A stretch of 34,255 bases of DNA from the sequence record SRR20825019_1396, one strand, 5' to 3'. Every line of letters starts with the position of its first letter. Positions within the stretch are counted from its first letter, which is position 1. Position numbers and translations under genes: made by a program. The notes under the pieces were generated by a model. That model was not told the origin of the DNA and did not search any database. It worked only from the letters and a program-made list of their open reading frames with translations. Positions 17,840-26,197 of this stretch are shown here, one piece after another.

Positions 17840-19531
17840 TCATTTCTTTATGCGATCAAAAAAGGATTGAAGTACGGATGCATTCACTTCATTAGGTGTG
17901 AAAATCTCCATTAATTTCGGGGCGTTAGAATCTTCATTAAAGAAATCAGCTAATTGATTCTCAATCGATTCCAACGAAGTTGCCTTTAGGTAATTTACAT
18001 TATGAGCGCGGCAGATGAACTCAGCTTTTGTGTCGTGTTTGGCCTCAAAATATTTTTCTAATTGCGGAGAGCTATTTGGACCATCGATAATTCTAAAAAT
18101 TCCACCCCCACTATTGTTGATTAGGAAAATTCTCAAATTAGAGGGTAAATTGGCGTTCCAGAGGGCATTGCTATCGTAGAAAAAGGAAACATCTCCCGTA
18201 ATAAATACATGACATCCATTTCCAACCAATGCAGCTCCACAGGCTGTACTCGTACTTCCATCAATTCCGCTCGTTCCGCGATTGGATGAATAACTGAGTG
18301 AAGGAACAGGATCGAATAATTGGCAATAGCGGACTACGGAACTGTTCGCCATGTGTAATTTTGCATTCTCCGGGATACAGTCCAATAATAACTCAAAAAC
18401 AGGCAAATCTGAATAGGTCAATTCATCAAAGAAGCCTTCCAATTTTTCTTGGACTTCAAAATCAAGTTGTTTCCACTTTGCTCCAAAATTTGAAATCGGC
18501 AAATCGTCGGTTACTTCATTCAAAATGGATAAAAAGTCCTCAGGTTCTGCTTCAATGGACTTCGTTAGTTTTCGATAGGTATCCATTTCTGGGAAATCAA
18601 AACCAACTTTCCAATGTTCTGCGATCGCGCTTTTTCTGAGAAATTGCTTAATTCTCTTTGAAACAACTGCACCTCCGATAGTCACAAGTAACTCAGGTTG
18701 AAAATCTTCCAATTGAGAATCATCAATGGCTGCTAGCGTTCTATCAATACAATGCACCCAACCTTGGTCGGTTAAATTCGAAGTGTTTTCCACTAAAACG
18801 GCCACTGAAGGATTCTTTGACAACTGCTTTAATTCGCTCGCAAGTGCAAGATTTTTATCCAATTGGCCGCATAAAATCAGTTTCTTTTTACTTGAGTTCC
18901 AGATTTCGGAAATTTCTTTTTTTTCTGTCGATGAGAGAGAAGGTTTAATTCGACCGAATAGAATTCTCTCCTTTTTAATGTACTCTTTTTCAATCGTTGA
19001 ATACAACGGCTCCGTAAGCGGAAAATTGAAGTGAATCGGTCCTTTCCAACCACTTAACGCAGCTTTGAACGCAGAATGCATCAATTGATCCAACTGCGCT
19101 TCATCGACTAAATCTTCAGGAACAATTCCTTCCCACTGAATGTGATTTTTATAAACTCCTTCTTGAACAATTGTCTGCCCGTCTCCGTGATTCACCCATT
19201 CCGCTGGACGATCTGCACTCAACACAACCAAAGGAACACTTCGATAAAACGCCTCAGCAACTGCGGGATAATAGTTCAACATTGCTGATCCAGAAGTACA
19301 CACTACTCCAACCGGAGCATTCAATTCTTGCGCCATTCCGAGTGCATAAAATGCTGCGACGCGTTCATCGTGAATCACAAAGGTTTCAATGTCTGGATGT
19401 TCATCCAAAGCAATCACGATCGGTGCATTCCGCGAGCCTGGTGAGCAAACGAATTTTGTCAATCCATACTGGATGGATTTATCAATAAAGGCTGAAATTC
19501 CTGATTTACTGGTTGTGCGTATTTTATTCAT
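17840..19531 (-). CDS. menD: SEPHCHC synthase MenD
   Basis: SPGSRNAP, DERVAAFYALG, CTSGSA, SADRP, NRGTSGIDGS, GDVSFFYDSN, NNSGGGIF. ATG at 19531 preferred. Confidence 0.95.
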   Translation of the reverse strand: MNKIRTTSKSGISAFIDKSIQYGLTKFVCSPGSRNAPIVIALDEHPDIETFVIHDERVAAFYALGMAQELNAPVGVVCTSGSAMLNYYPAVAEAFYRSVPLVVLSADRPAEWVNHGDGQTIVQEGVYKNHIQWEGIVPEDLVDEAQLDQLMHSAFKAALSGWKGPIHFNFPLTEPLYSTIEKEYIKKERILFGRIKPSLSSTEKKEISEIWNSSKKKLILCGQLDKNLALASELKQLSKNPSVAVLVENTSNLTDQGWVHCIDRTLAAIDDSQLEDFQPELLVTIGGAVVSKRIKQFLRKSAIAEHWKVGFDFPEMDTYRKLTKSIEAEPEDFLSILNEVTDDLPISNFGAKWKQLDFEVQEKLEGFFDELTYSDLPVFELLLDCIPENAKLHMANSSVVRYCQLFDPVPSLSYSSNRGTSGIDGSTSTACGAALVGNGCHVFITGDVSFFYDSNALWNANLPSNLRIFLINNSGGGIFRIIDGPNSSPQLEKYFEAKHDTKAEFICRAHNVNYLKATSLESIENQLADFFNEDSNAPKLMEIFTPNEVNASVLQSFFDRIKK

Positions 19532-19537
19532 GCGTTG

Positions 19538-19545
19538 CAAAACTA
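19538..19545 (-). promoter_or_regulatory. Candidate internal -7 box for menD, overlapping the menF stop codon
   Basis: - strand TAGTTTTG-caacgc-ATG; the TAG is the menF stop. Confidence 0.4.
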
Positions 19546-20505
19546 CAAGTTTTCGATCACTGCTTGAAGCGTCTTCGCTTTATTTTCTGTTTCCTCCCAT
19601 TCGTTTTCAATGTTGGAATCTTTCGTAAAGCCACCGCCCAAATACAACGCGATTTTCTCTGGAAACAATTGCGCACATCTCAGGTTGACGTATACATTCG
19701 AAGAATCTTCGTTAACCTCGCCTAAAAATCCGCAATACAACGATCGATCATGCAGTTCGCTTTCTGTAATGAGCTTAATGGATTCTCGCTGTGGAAGACC
19801 ACTGACTGCTGGTGTTGGGTGTAATCTTCTTGCAACATCTAACACCGTTTTCCCTTCGAATGAGAAATTAAATGTCGTCTTTAAATGCTGCACTGGTCCT
19901 GCAAAGTGACTCACAGGTCCTTCCATTTCAATTTCAGTAATATCCAATGATTCCAGCGCATCTGAAATATATTGTTGAACAAAAAACTGCTCTAATTTTT
20001 CTTTTTCGCCCCATTCGGTTGTGTCATTCGATGGCTTTGTACCAGCCAAGGCGACTGTTGTGCCCACGTTTTCTTTAGAAATGATCAATTGTTCTGGCGT
20101 AGCGCCTATCCAAGTGCCAAAGTGAGTACTCGAAATCAAATAAACAAACGCATTTGGATACTTTTCGCAGAGTTCGAGAAAAAAACGATCTGGATCGACC
20201 TCCTTATTTATCATTTTTACCCGAGAGAGGATAGCCTTCGAAAATTCCCTTTTGATAATTGCATTTTTGAATTCCTCCGCACGTTCCAAATAGGAATCTC
20301 GGTCATCGGAATAAGGACACAAATCCTTGTAATGATAAAAGCTAAAACCTTCTTCCTGATCTTCTTGAAATGTGTACGCTTTGTATTTATCAAACGCAAA
20401 GAGTACAAATCCTTCTTTTACTTCACGGTGCATTGTCGCTGCAAAGAAGCCTACTTTTTCGACTTTTTCTTTCCCAGGAATCCGATATTTCAGCAAGTCT
20501 CCCAT
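19543..20505 (-). CDS. menF: Isochorismate synthase (chorismate-binding protein)
   Basis: WIGATPEQL, ALAGT, HPTPAVSGLP, YVNLRCAQ, EWEETENK; lies between menI and menD. Confidence 0.88.
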   Translation of the reverse strand: MGDLLKYRIPGKEKVEKVGFFAATMHREVKEGFVLFAFDKYKAYTFQEDQEEGFSFYHYKDLCPYSDDRDSYLERAEEFKNAIIKREFSKAILSRVKMINKEVDPDRFFLELCEKYPNAFVYLISSTHFGTWIGATPEQLIISKENVGTTVALAGTKPSNDTTEWGEKEKLEQFFVQQYISDALESLDITEIEMEGPVSHFAGPVQHLKTTFNFSFEGKTVLDVARRLHPTPAVSGLPQRESIKLITESELHDRSLYCGFLGEVNEDSSNVYVNLRCAQLFPEKIALYLGGGFTKDSNIENEWEETENKAKTLQAVIENL

Positions 20506-20928
20506 CTAATCTCTATCAATGATCATTACCGTAAGTCGACCTGTACAAATTAGTTTGTTCGTTTCTTGATCAAAAATATCTACTTGCCAAACGTGCGTTC
20601 TACTTCCTGCATGAACGATTTTCCCCACAGCTCTCACACTTCCTGACTTCATTCCGCCCATGTGATTCGCGTTAATTTCCAATCCCACAGGAGATTGCTT
20701 CGAAATATCGATTAAAAGCACGGACCCCATAGAACCAATAGTCTCAATCAAAGCAGCACTTGCGCCGCCATGCAACAAGCCCGCAGGTTGATGCGTTCGA
20801 TGATCAACAGGCATGGTTGCCACTAAATAATCATCTCCGATTTCTGTGCATTCAATTCCCAATTGTTCCATGAGGGTACCTTTGTTCAAGGCATTAATTT
20901 GCTCAAGTGATACTTGTTTCAATTTCAT
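20506..20928 (-). CDS. menI: Hotdog-fold thioesterase, probable DHNA-CoA hydrolase
   Basis: MPVDHRTHQPAGLLHGGASAALIET and VGLEINANH, in men gene context. ATG at 20928 preferred (TACCTTAG-taaa-ATG). Confidence 0.8.
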   Translation of the reverse strand: MKLKQVSLEQINALNKGTLMEQLGIECTEIGDDYLVATMPVDHRTHQPAGLLHGGASAALIETIGSMGSVLLIDISKQSPVGLEINANHMGGMKSGSVRAVGKIVHAGSRTHVWQVDIFDQETNKLICTGRLTVMIIDRD

Positions 20929-21018
20929 TTTACTAAGGTACATTTCCATTCAGCAATTAACAACAATTGAACGTTGATCATTCTAGCAATTCACCTCAGA
21001 TTCTGGCGATAATTGTAC

Positions 21019-21026
21019 TATTTTTG
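21019..21026 (+). promoter_or_regulatory. -7 box 4 nt before the murB ATG
   Basis: TATTTTTG-gtct-ATG. Confidence 0.55.
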
Positions 21027-21030
21027 GTCT

Positions 21031-22038
21031 ATGATTCAGGAAAACATCAGCCTTTTACCATTCAATACTTTTAGAATCGACGTTGCAGCCAGAAGGTTTG
21101 CAGCTTTTAAAACGATCCCCGAACTGGAGCAAATACTTGCAGAACGGAACGGCGATGACTTACTCGTCCTTGGTGGCGGAAGTAACCTCCTGCTTACTCA
21201 AAACTTCGACGGATTGGTGATGAAGAATGAACTTGACGGTTATTCAATTCTTCATGAAAACGAGGATTCTGTTGATGTAAAAGTTGGAGCAGGAATGGTC
21301 TGGCATGAATTCGTGCTAAAGTGTATTGAGCGAAATTTCGGCGGTGTGGAAAATTTGTCCCTCATCCCTGGAAGTGTTGGAGCAAGTCCGATGCAGAACA
21401 TTGGCGCTTACGGTGTGGAAATCAAGGATGTTTTTAAATCATTGGAGGCCTATCACATTGAAAGTGGTGAAATTCATACTTTCGATAAGGATGCATGCGA
21501 ATTCGGATACAGAGAGAGTGTATTCAAGCGAAAATTAAAAGGACAGTACATTATTGTGTCGGTAACCTATCGTTTGACGAAAAAACATTCACTAAACTCG
21601 AGCTACGGAGCAATAGAAGCAGAATTACAACTTCAGAATATTTCCGAACCTTCCATTCGTGACATTAGCAACGCCGTGATCTCCATTCGCAAGAGCAAAT
21701 TACCCGATCCTGCGGAAATTGGAAACTCTGGAAGCTTTTTCAAAAATCCCGTTGTGGACAAATCCGTTTTAGAATCTATTCAGCAAAATTGGGAGAATGT
21801 CCCGAATTATCCTGCTCCAAACAATCAGATAAAACTCGCCGCGGGTTGGCTCATTGAGCAAGCAGGATGGAAGGGAAAAACGTTTGGTACGTACGGTGTT
21901 CACAAAAAACAAGCGTTGGTTCTTGTAAATTATGGCGGAAGCACGGGTAATTCCATTTTCGAACTTGCGACAGAAATAATTGCAGACATTGAAACTAAAT
22001 TTGGAGTTACATTAGAGTGCGAAGTGAACATTATATAG
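21031..22038 (+). CDS. murB: UDP-N-acetylenolpyruvoylglucosamine reductase
   Basis: GGGSNLL, ENLSLIPGSVGASPMQNIGAYG, FGYRESVFK, GNSGSFFKNP, HKKQALVLVN. Confidence 0.96.
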   Translation: MIQENISLLPFNTFRIDVAARRFAAFKTIPELEQILAERNGDDLLVLGGGSNLLLTQNFDGLVMKNELDGYSILHENEDSVDVKVGAGMVWHEFVLKCIERNFGGVENLSLIPGSVGASPMQNIGAYGVEIKDVFKSLEAYHIESGEIHTFDKDACEFGYRESVFKRKLKGQYIIVSVTYRLTKKHSLNSSYGAIEAELQLQNISEPSIRDISNAVISIRKSKLPDPAEIGNSGSFFKNPVVDKSVLESIQQNWENVPNYPAPNNQIKLAAGWLIEQAGWKGKTFGTYGVHKKQALVLVNYGGSTGNSIFELATEIIADIETKFGVTLECEVNII

Positions 22039-22056
22039 AATCTAACTAATGGATTA

Positions 22057-22203
22057 CAAAGACAATTGTGTTTTAATGTGAAAGACTACATTCACGTAAT
22101 TCAGTTTAGAAAAGAGCTGAATCAATACCTACTTTCCAATAGTCGAGAATCATTGACCGAACTAGCGCTTAATGGTAATTATTACGATCAATCTCAGTTC
22201 ATT
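22057..22203 (+). pseudogene. Remnant of the C-terminal HTH region of an AraC-family regulator
   Basis: Hand translation QRQLCFNVKDYIHVIQFRKELNQYLLSNSRESLTELALNGNYYDQSQFI resembles the AraC signature (SLTELA...YYDQSHFI). There is no ATG, and similarity stops after FI. Confidence 0.6.
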
Positions 22204-22408
22204 TTAAGCTGCAATTGGGAGACAGTCACGGAACAACTCGTTTAGCTAGTATTCCACGCCCTACAGATGCTTCATCCGTTCCAACCATCAGTGAAATGAT
22301 CACTCCATTTTTCCGACCCATTCGGATTATGAATAAATAAACAATTATCATGCGCCTTATTTATTGAAATATAGTATCTTAATGGCAGAACCTGACAATT
22401 TTAACATT

Positions 22409-23536
22409 ATGAGAATTCAGCGATACACCACGGATAAATCAGGCAAACCGTCGCAATTCATTCCACCCGCTCAACAGCATCATGTAATGAAGAAGAACGG
22501 GGCAAATACAAAATCATTTCTAGACAGCGAATCACCGTTTATCGCTCCAAAAAAGGAGTCTCGTGATCGTACAGACCATATAAATCAGGACGCCGAAGCT
22601 GTTCCTGCCGAAGAACAAGATCAAACGCAAGCTTCCGATCAGGAAAATACACCAGAACAGGCTCCAACGAATGTACCTCCTCAAAATGATGCATCGCCAG
22701 CTGCACCTCTTTTGCCCGCACCACCTCCGGTAGTTACATTTGGAAAAGTCCGTTCGGCTACTACCCCAACAGCCATGGCTGACCGTATAAGTCCAAGAAT
22801 TACCGAGATGGTAAATGTAAACGTTGCTGGAAACACTTCAGCAACCCCTATTGACCTTTCGATACAAAATGCAAATGCAGCAAATGGCGAAGGAGAAATA
22901 AATGGAAAAGCGACAGAGCAAATTGCAAGTTCGTCCAGCATAAATCTCAAAGGTACAAGCCAAACGCAAGCAGGAAACGGCGGAAAACTTTCCCTTGTTG
23001 CCAAGCAGGGAGGAACAGTTCTTGGTACGAGTAATTCATTTACGATCGCAGCAATACCTCAAAAGTGGTCGATTACGTTTGATTCATTAATTACAGGAAC
23101 TAAACGCGGCATCAGAGTGAACAATAGTTGGAAGTCCGACTCTGGAGTTCTCGCCGATCTCGATCAAGTTCGGCGATCAGAAAAAGTAGAATACGGTGGA
23201 GGAACAGGTGTTTTCGCTGGCATTACAAGTGGCAACAACAGTGGTTTCCTTTCAGCTACAAGTTCCCCTGTAACGGATAGTCATGGTACTCCTGTTAGCC
23301 TATTAACAGGCGTTGGAACGATCACTGCAAAGCAACTCTTTATTTTCAATGACGCGCGCACTGGCGCTTCAAACATCGCTGCAAAAGAATCTGGATTCGA
23401 AATTACGCGAAACGCCACGGACGATGGAACAGGTAATATTTCGCTTACGACTTCAAAAAGCGGTACTGCAGTGAGTGCTAGAGGTTATTCATCGAGTGCT
23501 GCTTCTGGTAGTGTTTCAAAAACTCAAGCCGTGTAA
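22409..23536 (+). CDS. Hypothetical protein: disordered Q/E/P-rich N-terminus plus Ser/Thr/Gly-rich beta domain, no signal peptide; candidate effector
   Basis: Long ORF (alternative starts at 22364 and 22382) with a low-complexity linker ending PAAPLLPAPPP and a WKSDSGVLADLDQV..SEKVEY motif. Confidence 0.8.
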   Translation: MRIQRYTTDKSGKPSQFIPPAQQHHVMKKNGANTKSFLDSESPFIAPKKESRDRTDHINQDAEAVPAEEQDQTQASDQENTPEQAPTNVPPQNDASPAAPLLPAPPPVVTFGKVRSATTPTAMADRISPRITEMVNVNVAGNTSATPIDLSIQNANAANGEGEINGKATEQIASSSSINLKGTSQTQAGNGGKLSLVAKQGGTVLGTSNSFTIAAIPQKWSITFDSLITGTKRGIRVNNSWKSDSGVLADLDQVRRSEKVEYGGGTGVFAGITSGNNSGFLSATSSPVTDSHGTPVSLLTGVGTITAKQLFIFNDARTGASNIAAKESGFEITRNATDDGTGNISLTTSKSGTAVSARGYSSSAASGSVSKTQAV

Positions 23537-23539
23537 CTC

Positions 23540-24103
23540 ATGAAATGTATTCCTTTTTGCATTATCGCCCTGTCCACACTATTTTTTCTTTCTTGCAACT
23601 CTGCAAGAAATCATCCAAACACTATGGCAACAGAACAAAAGAATCCATTTAGAGGTCTTTACTTTATCGATAAAAATGGTGGAATTTCAGAAGCTGATTC
23701 TGCGGAAATCAATCTTGTTTTGAGCTATAATCCACAGTTAAACAAAACAAATTTTGTCAATGAAGAACGTGTGACGATTCTTTCGAAAAAGACAAATTAC
23801 GCTGTAAATGAACCTGTAAAAATCGTACACTTATTCGAATGTTCATCCCACGAAGATGAGTTGTACATCAATGGCCCAAAACAAATTTACGATGAATATG
23901 TCAATAGTGTTTTAAAGACCGAAACTGCTGCTTCGAATACCTATCCATGGACACCCATTTACGACGGTGAAGTAATCAAAACACCAGGAATAGATTATGC
24001 TTTTGATATCACCGAATATCAATTCAATGAATCTGGAACATACCTAATCCAATGGAAACCTGAAGGACTTGAGTCCAATTTGTTGAAAATAATTGTAAAG
24101 TAG
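23540..24103 (+). CDS. Hypothetical lipoprotein
   Basis: MKCIPFCIIALSTLFFLSC is a signal II/lipobox-like sequence; starts 3 nt after the upstream stop. Confidence 0.8.
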   Translation: MKCIPFCIIALSTLFFLSCNSARNHPNTMATEQKNPFRGLYFIDKNGGISEADSAEINLVLSYNPQLNKTNFVNEERVTILSKKTNYAVNEPVKIVHLFECSSHEDELYINGPKQIYDEYVNSVLKTETAASNTYPWTPIYDGEVIKTPGIDYAFDITEYQFNESGTYLIQWKPEGLESNLLKIIVK

Positions 24104-24148
24104 ATCCGCGAACTAAAACGGTTAGAAAAACTGCTTTGATGACCGTTC

Positions 24149-25372
24149 TTACCACTCATCTGGAGAATCCTCAGTAGCTTTCTTCATGAGTTTTTTCCAG
24201 TTGTTTGAGCCGTCATCCGTATCATCCAAAATAGAAAAGTACTCATCACGCGTTAATAAATGACGATCAATTTCCGCTCCTGTGTACTCTTCAATGTCTT
24301 TCAACAATTGCTTTTCTTGTTCTGAGCAAAATGAAATTGCTTGTCCCATTTTGTTTCCACGACCAGTTCTACCGCATCGGTGAACGTAATTTTCTGGATT
24401 GTCGGGGATATCGTAATTCACTACGAAATCAACATTTGGAATATCGATTCCACGCGCCGCAACGTCTGTGGTGATTAATAATTTGTTTTCACCCGTTCTA
24501 AATCGATCCAAAATTGCGAAACGATCCTTTTGTTCCATTCCACCGTGCAGCGCTTCGGAAGCCAATTGAACTCGCTCTAATGCGGCTACCAATCTTTCTG
24601 CACGCACTTTCGTTCGAACGAAAATAACTCCCTTTTTGTCCGGATGTTCCTTTAAAATATTTTCTAGGAAAAATCGTTTATCGTCCATTTCCACCAGCGT
24701 AACCGCATGCGAAATTGTATTTGCAACTGGGTTTTTCGGTGAAATTTGAATTCGGATTGGGTTATTCACGACATCATAAGCCAGCGATTTAATCTTTTTA
24801 GAGATCGTTGCTGAGAAAAACAATGTTTGTCTTTTCTTGGGAACGAATTTCAGAACATCCGTGATGTCTTTCGCAAATCCCATGTCGAGCATTAAATCTG
24901 CTTCATCGAGCACCAAGAACTTTACGTACTTTATATCGAGTGCTCCTTGAGAGATTAAATCAAACATTCTCCCTGGAGTTGATACAAGAATATCGATTCC
25001 GTTATTTAATGTTCGAATTTGTTGCTCTTGCTCCACTCCACCGAAAAGTCCGAATGTCTTTACCCCAGTGTTTTTACCAATTTCTTGGTAGACTTTGGCG
25101 ATTTGTTTTGCTAGTTCGCGTGTTGGAACCATTACGAGGCAACTTACACCAGACTTTCGTGTATATTTTCCTTTTGCTCGTTGAATTCGATCAAGTGTTG
25201 GAATAGCGAATGCAGCGGTTTTTCCAGTTCCCGTTTGAGCAATTGCCATTACATCTTCTCCATTAATAATGTGTGTAATCGCCTTAAATTGGATATCCGT
25301 CGGCTTTTTAAGTCCGAGCACTTCCAATTGGCTCTTTATTTCATCGGTAATAGGATAATCTGCAAATTTCAT
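24149..25372 (-). CDS. DEAD-box ATP-dependent RNA helicase
   Basis: AQTGTGKT, PTRELA, TPGR, LDEAD, SAT, ARGID, YVHRCGRTGR. Confidence 0.96.
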   Translation of the reverse strand: MKFADYPITDEIKSQLEVLGLKKPTDIQFKAITHIINGEDVMAIAQTGTGKTAAFAIPTLDRIQRAKGKYTRKSGVSCLVMVPTRELAKQIAKVYQEIGKNTGVKTFGLFGGVEQEQQIRTLNNGIDILVSTPGRMFDLISQGALDIKYVKFLVLDEADLMLDMGFAKDITDVLKFVPKKRQTLFFSATISKKIKSLAYDVVNNPIRIQISPKNPVANTISHAVTLVEMDDKRFFLENILKEHPDKKGVIFVRTKVRAERLVAALERVQLASEALHGGMEQKDRFAILDRFRTGENKLLITTDVAARGIDIPNVDFVVNYDIPDNPENYVHRCGRTGRGNKMGQAISFCSEQEKQLLKDIEEYTGAEIDRHLLTRDEYFSILDDTDDGSNNWKKLMKKATEDSPDEW

Positions 25373-25376
25373 AACT

Positions 25377-25384
25377 CAAAGGTA
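25377..25384 (-). promoter_or_regulatory. -7 box 4 nt before the DEAD-box helicase ATG
   Basis: - strand TACCTTTG-agtt-ATG. Confidence 0.6.
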
Positions 25385-25390
25385 CGTAAC

Positions 25391-25432
25391 AAAAATGTCC
25401 CATTCCTTTCGAAACGGGACATTTTCTTTTTT
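25391..25432. terminator. Intrinsic terminator after the zinc-ribbon gene; bidirectional-looking
   Basis: Stem AAAATGTCCC (25392-25401) / GGGACATTTT (25416-25425) with T-runs on both strands. Confidence 0.75.
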
Positions 25433-25444
25433 GATAATTCTATA

Positions 25445-26194
25445 CTATGCTTCGAGGTCTGTAGGAACTAAAATTCGTCCACAGTGCTCACATATAATAA
25501 CTTTCTTCTTGATTTCAATGTCCAATTGACGTTGTGGTGGAATTTTGTTAAAGCATCCTCCGCAAGAATCACGATCTACAGGTACAACAGCTAAACCATT
25601 TCTTGCATTCACACGCAATCTGGTATATGCTGCAGCCAATCGAGTCTCTAATTTTTTAATTGCCGCTTCAGACTTTTTCTCAAGTTTTTCTTCTTGCGCT
25701 TGCGTTTCAGCGATGATTTCATCCAACTCTGATTGCTTTGCTTTTAAGTCTTCTCCTCGGTAATTTCTTTTTTCCTTCGCTTGATCAAGAATTTCTTTCT
25801 TGGAAGTAATTGCGAACTTAGTCTCTTTAGAGCGCTTCTCGTTCAATTTAATCTCCAATTCTTGGTATTCGATTTCTTTTGCAAGAGATTCAAATTCGCG
25901 ATTATTTCGAACATTATTTTGTTGCTCTTTATACTTTGCAATTGCCGTTTCAGAGTCCTTGCTAGCATTTTTTCTATCGGAAATCTCAGTTTCTAATTCC
26001 TTGATCTCTTCCTCAATTTTTTCGATACGCGTATCTAATCCAGCGATATCATCCTCCAAATCACGCACCTCCAATGGAAGTTCTCCACGGATAGTCCTGA
26101 TTCTATCAATCTCTGAATCAATTGATTGCAAACGATATAGACTTTCAAGCTTCTCAGCTACTGTCATTTCACTTTTCGTTGCCGCTTTTGCCAT
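25445..26194 (-). CDS. Coiled-coil C4 zinc-ribbon protein (DUF164/HP0958/CT398-like)
   Basis: Long coiled coil, then CGGC...IPPQ...CEHCGRIL; adjacent to the Nif3-like gene. Confidence 0.92.
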   Translation of the reverse strand: MAKAATKSEMTVAEKLESLYRLQSIDSEIDRIRTIRGELPLEVRDLEDDIAGLDTRIEKIEEEIKELETEISDRKNASKDSETAIAKYKEQQNNVRNNREFESLAKEIEYQELEIKLNEKRSKETKFAITSKKEILDQAKEKRNYRGEDLKAKQSELDEIIAETQAQEEKLEKKSEAAIKKLETRLAAAYTRLRVNARNGLAVVPVDRDSCGGCFNKIPPQRQLDIEIKKKVIICEHCGRILVPTDLEA

Positions 26195-26197
26195 GAG

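Noticed and set aside
20089..20553. 154-aa + strand ORF and other ORFs nested within menF, menD, lpx, Nif3 and LTA-synthase genes
   Set aside because: They lie antisense or off-frame within confidently identified genes and show no recognisable motifs.
22036..22245. Amber read-through giving a MurB-AraC fusion
   Set aside because: MurB ends at its normal C-terminus (EVNII), the HTH is incomplete, a shared frame has a one-in-three chance, and other TAG stops in the window behave as normal stops.
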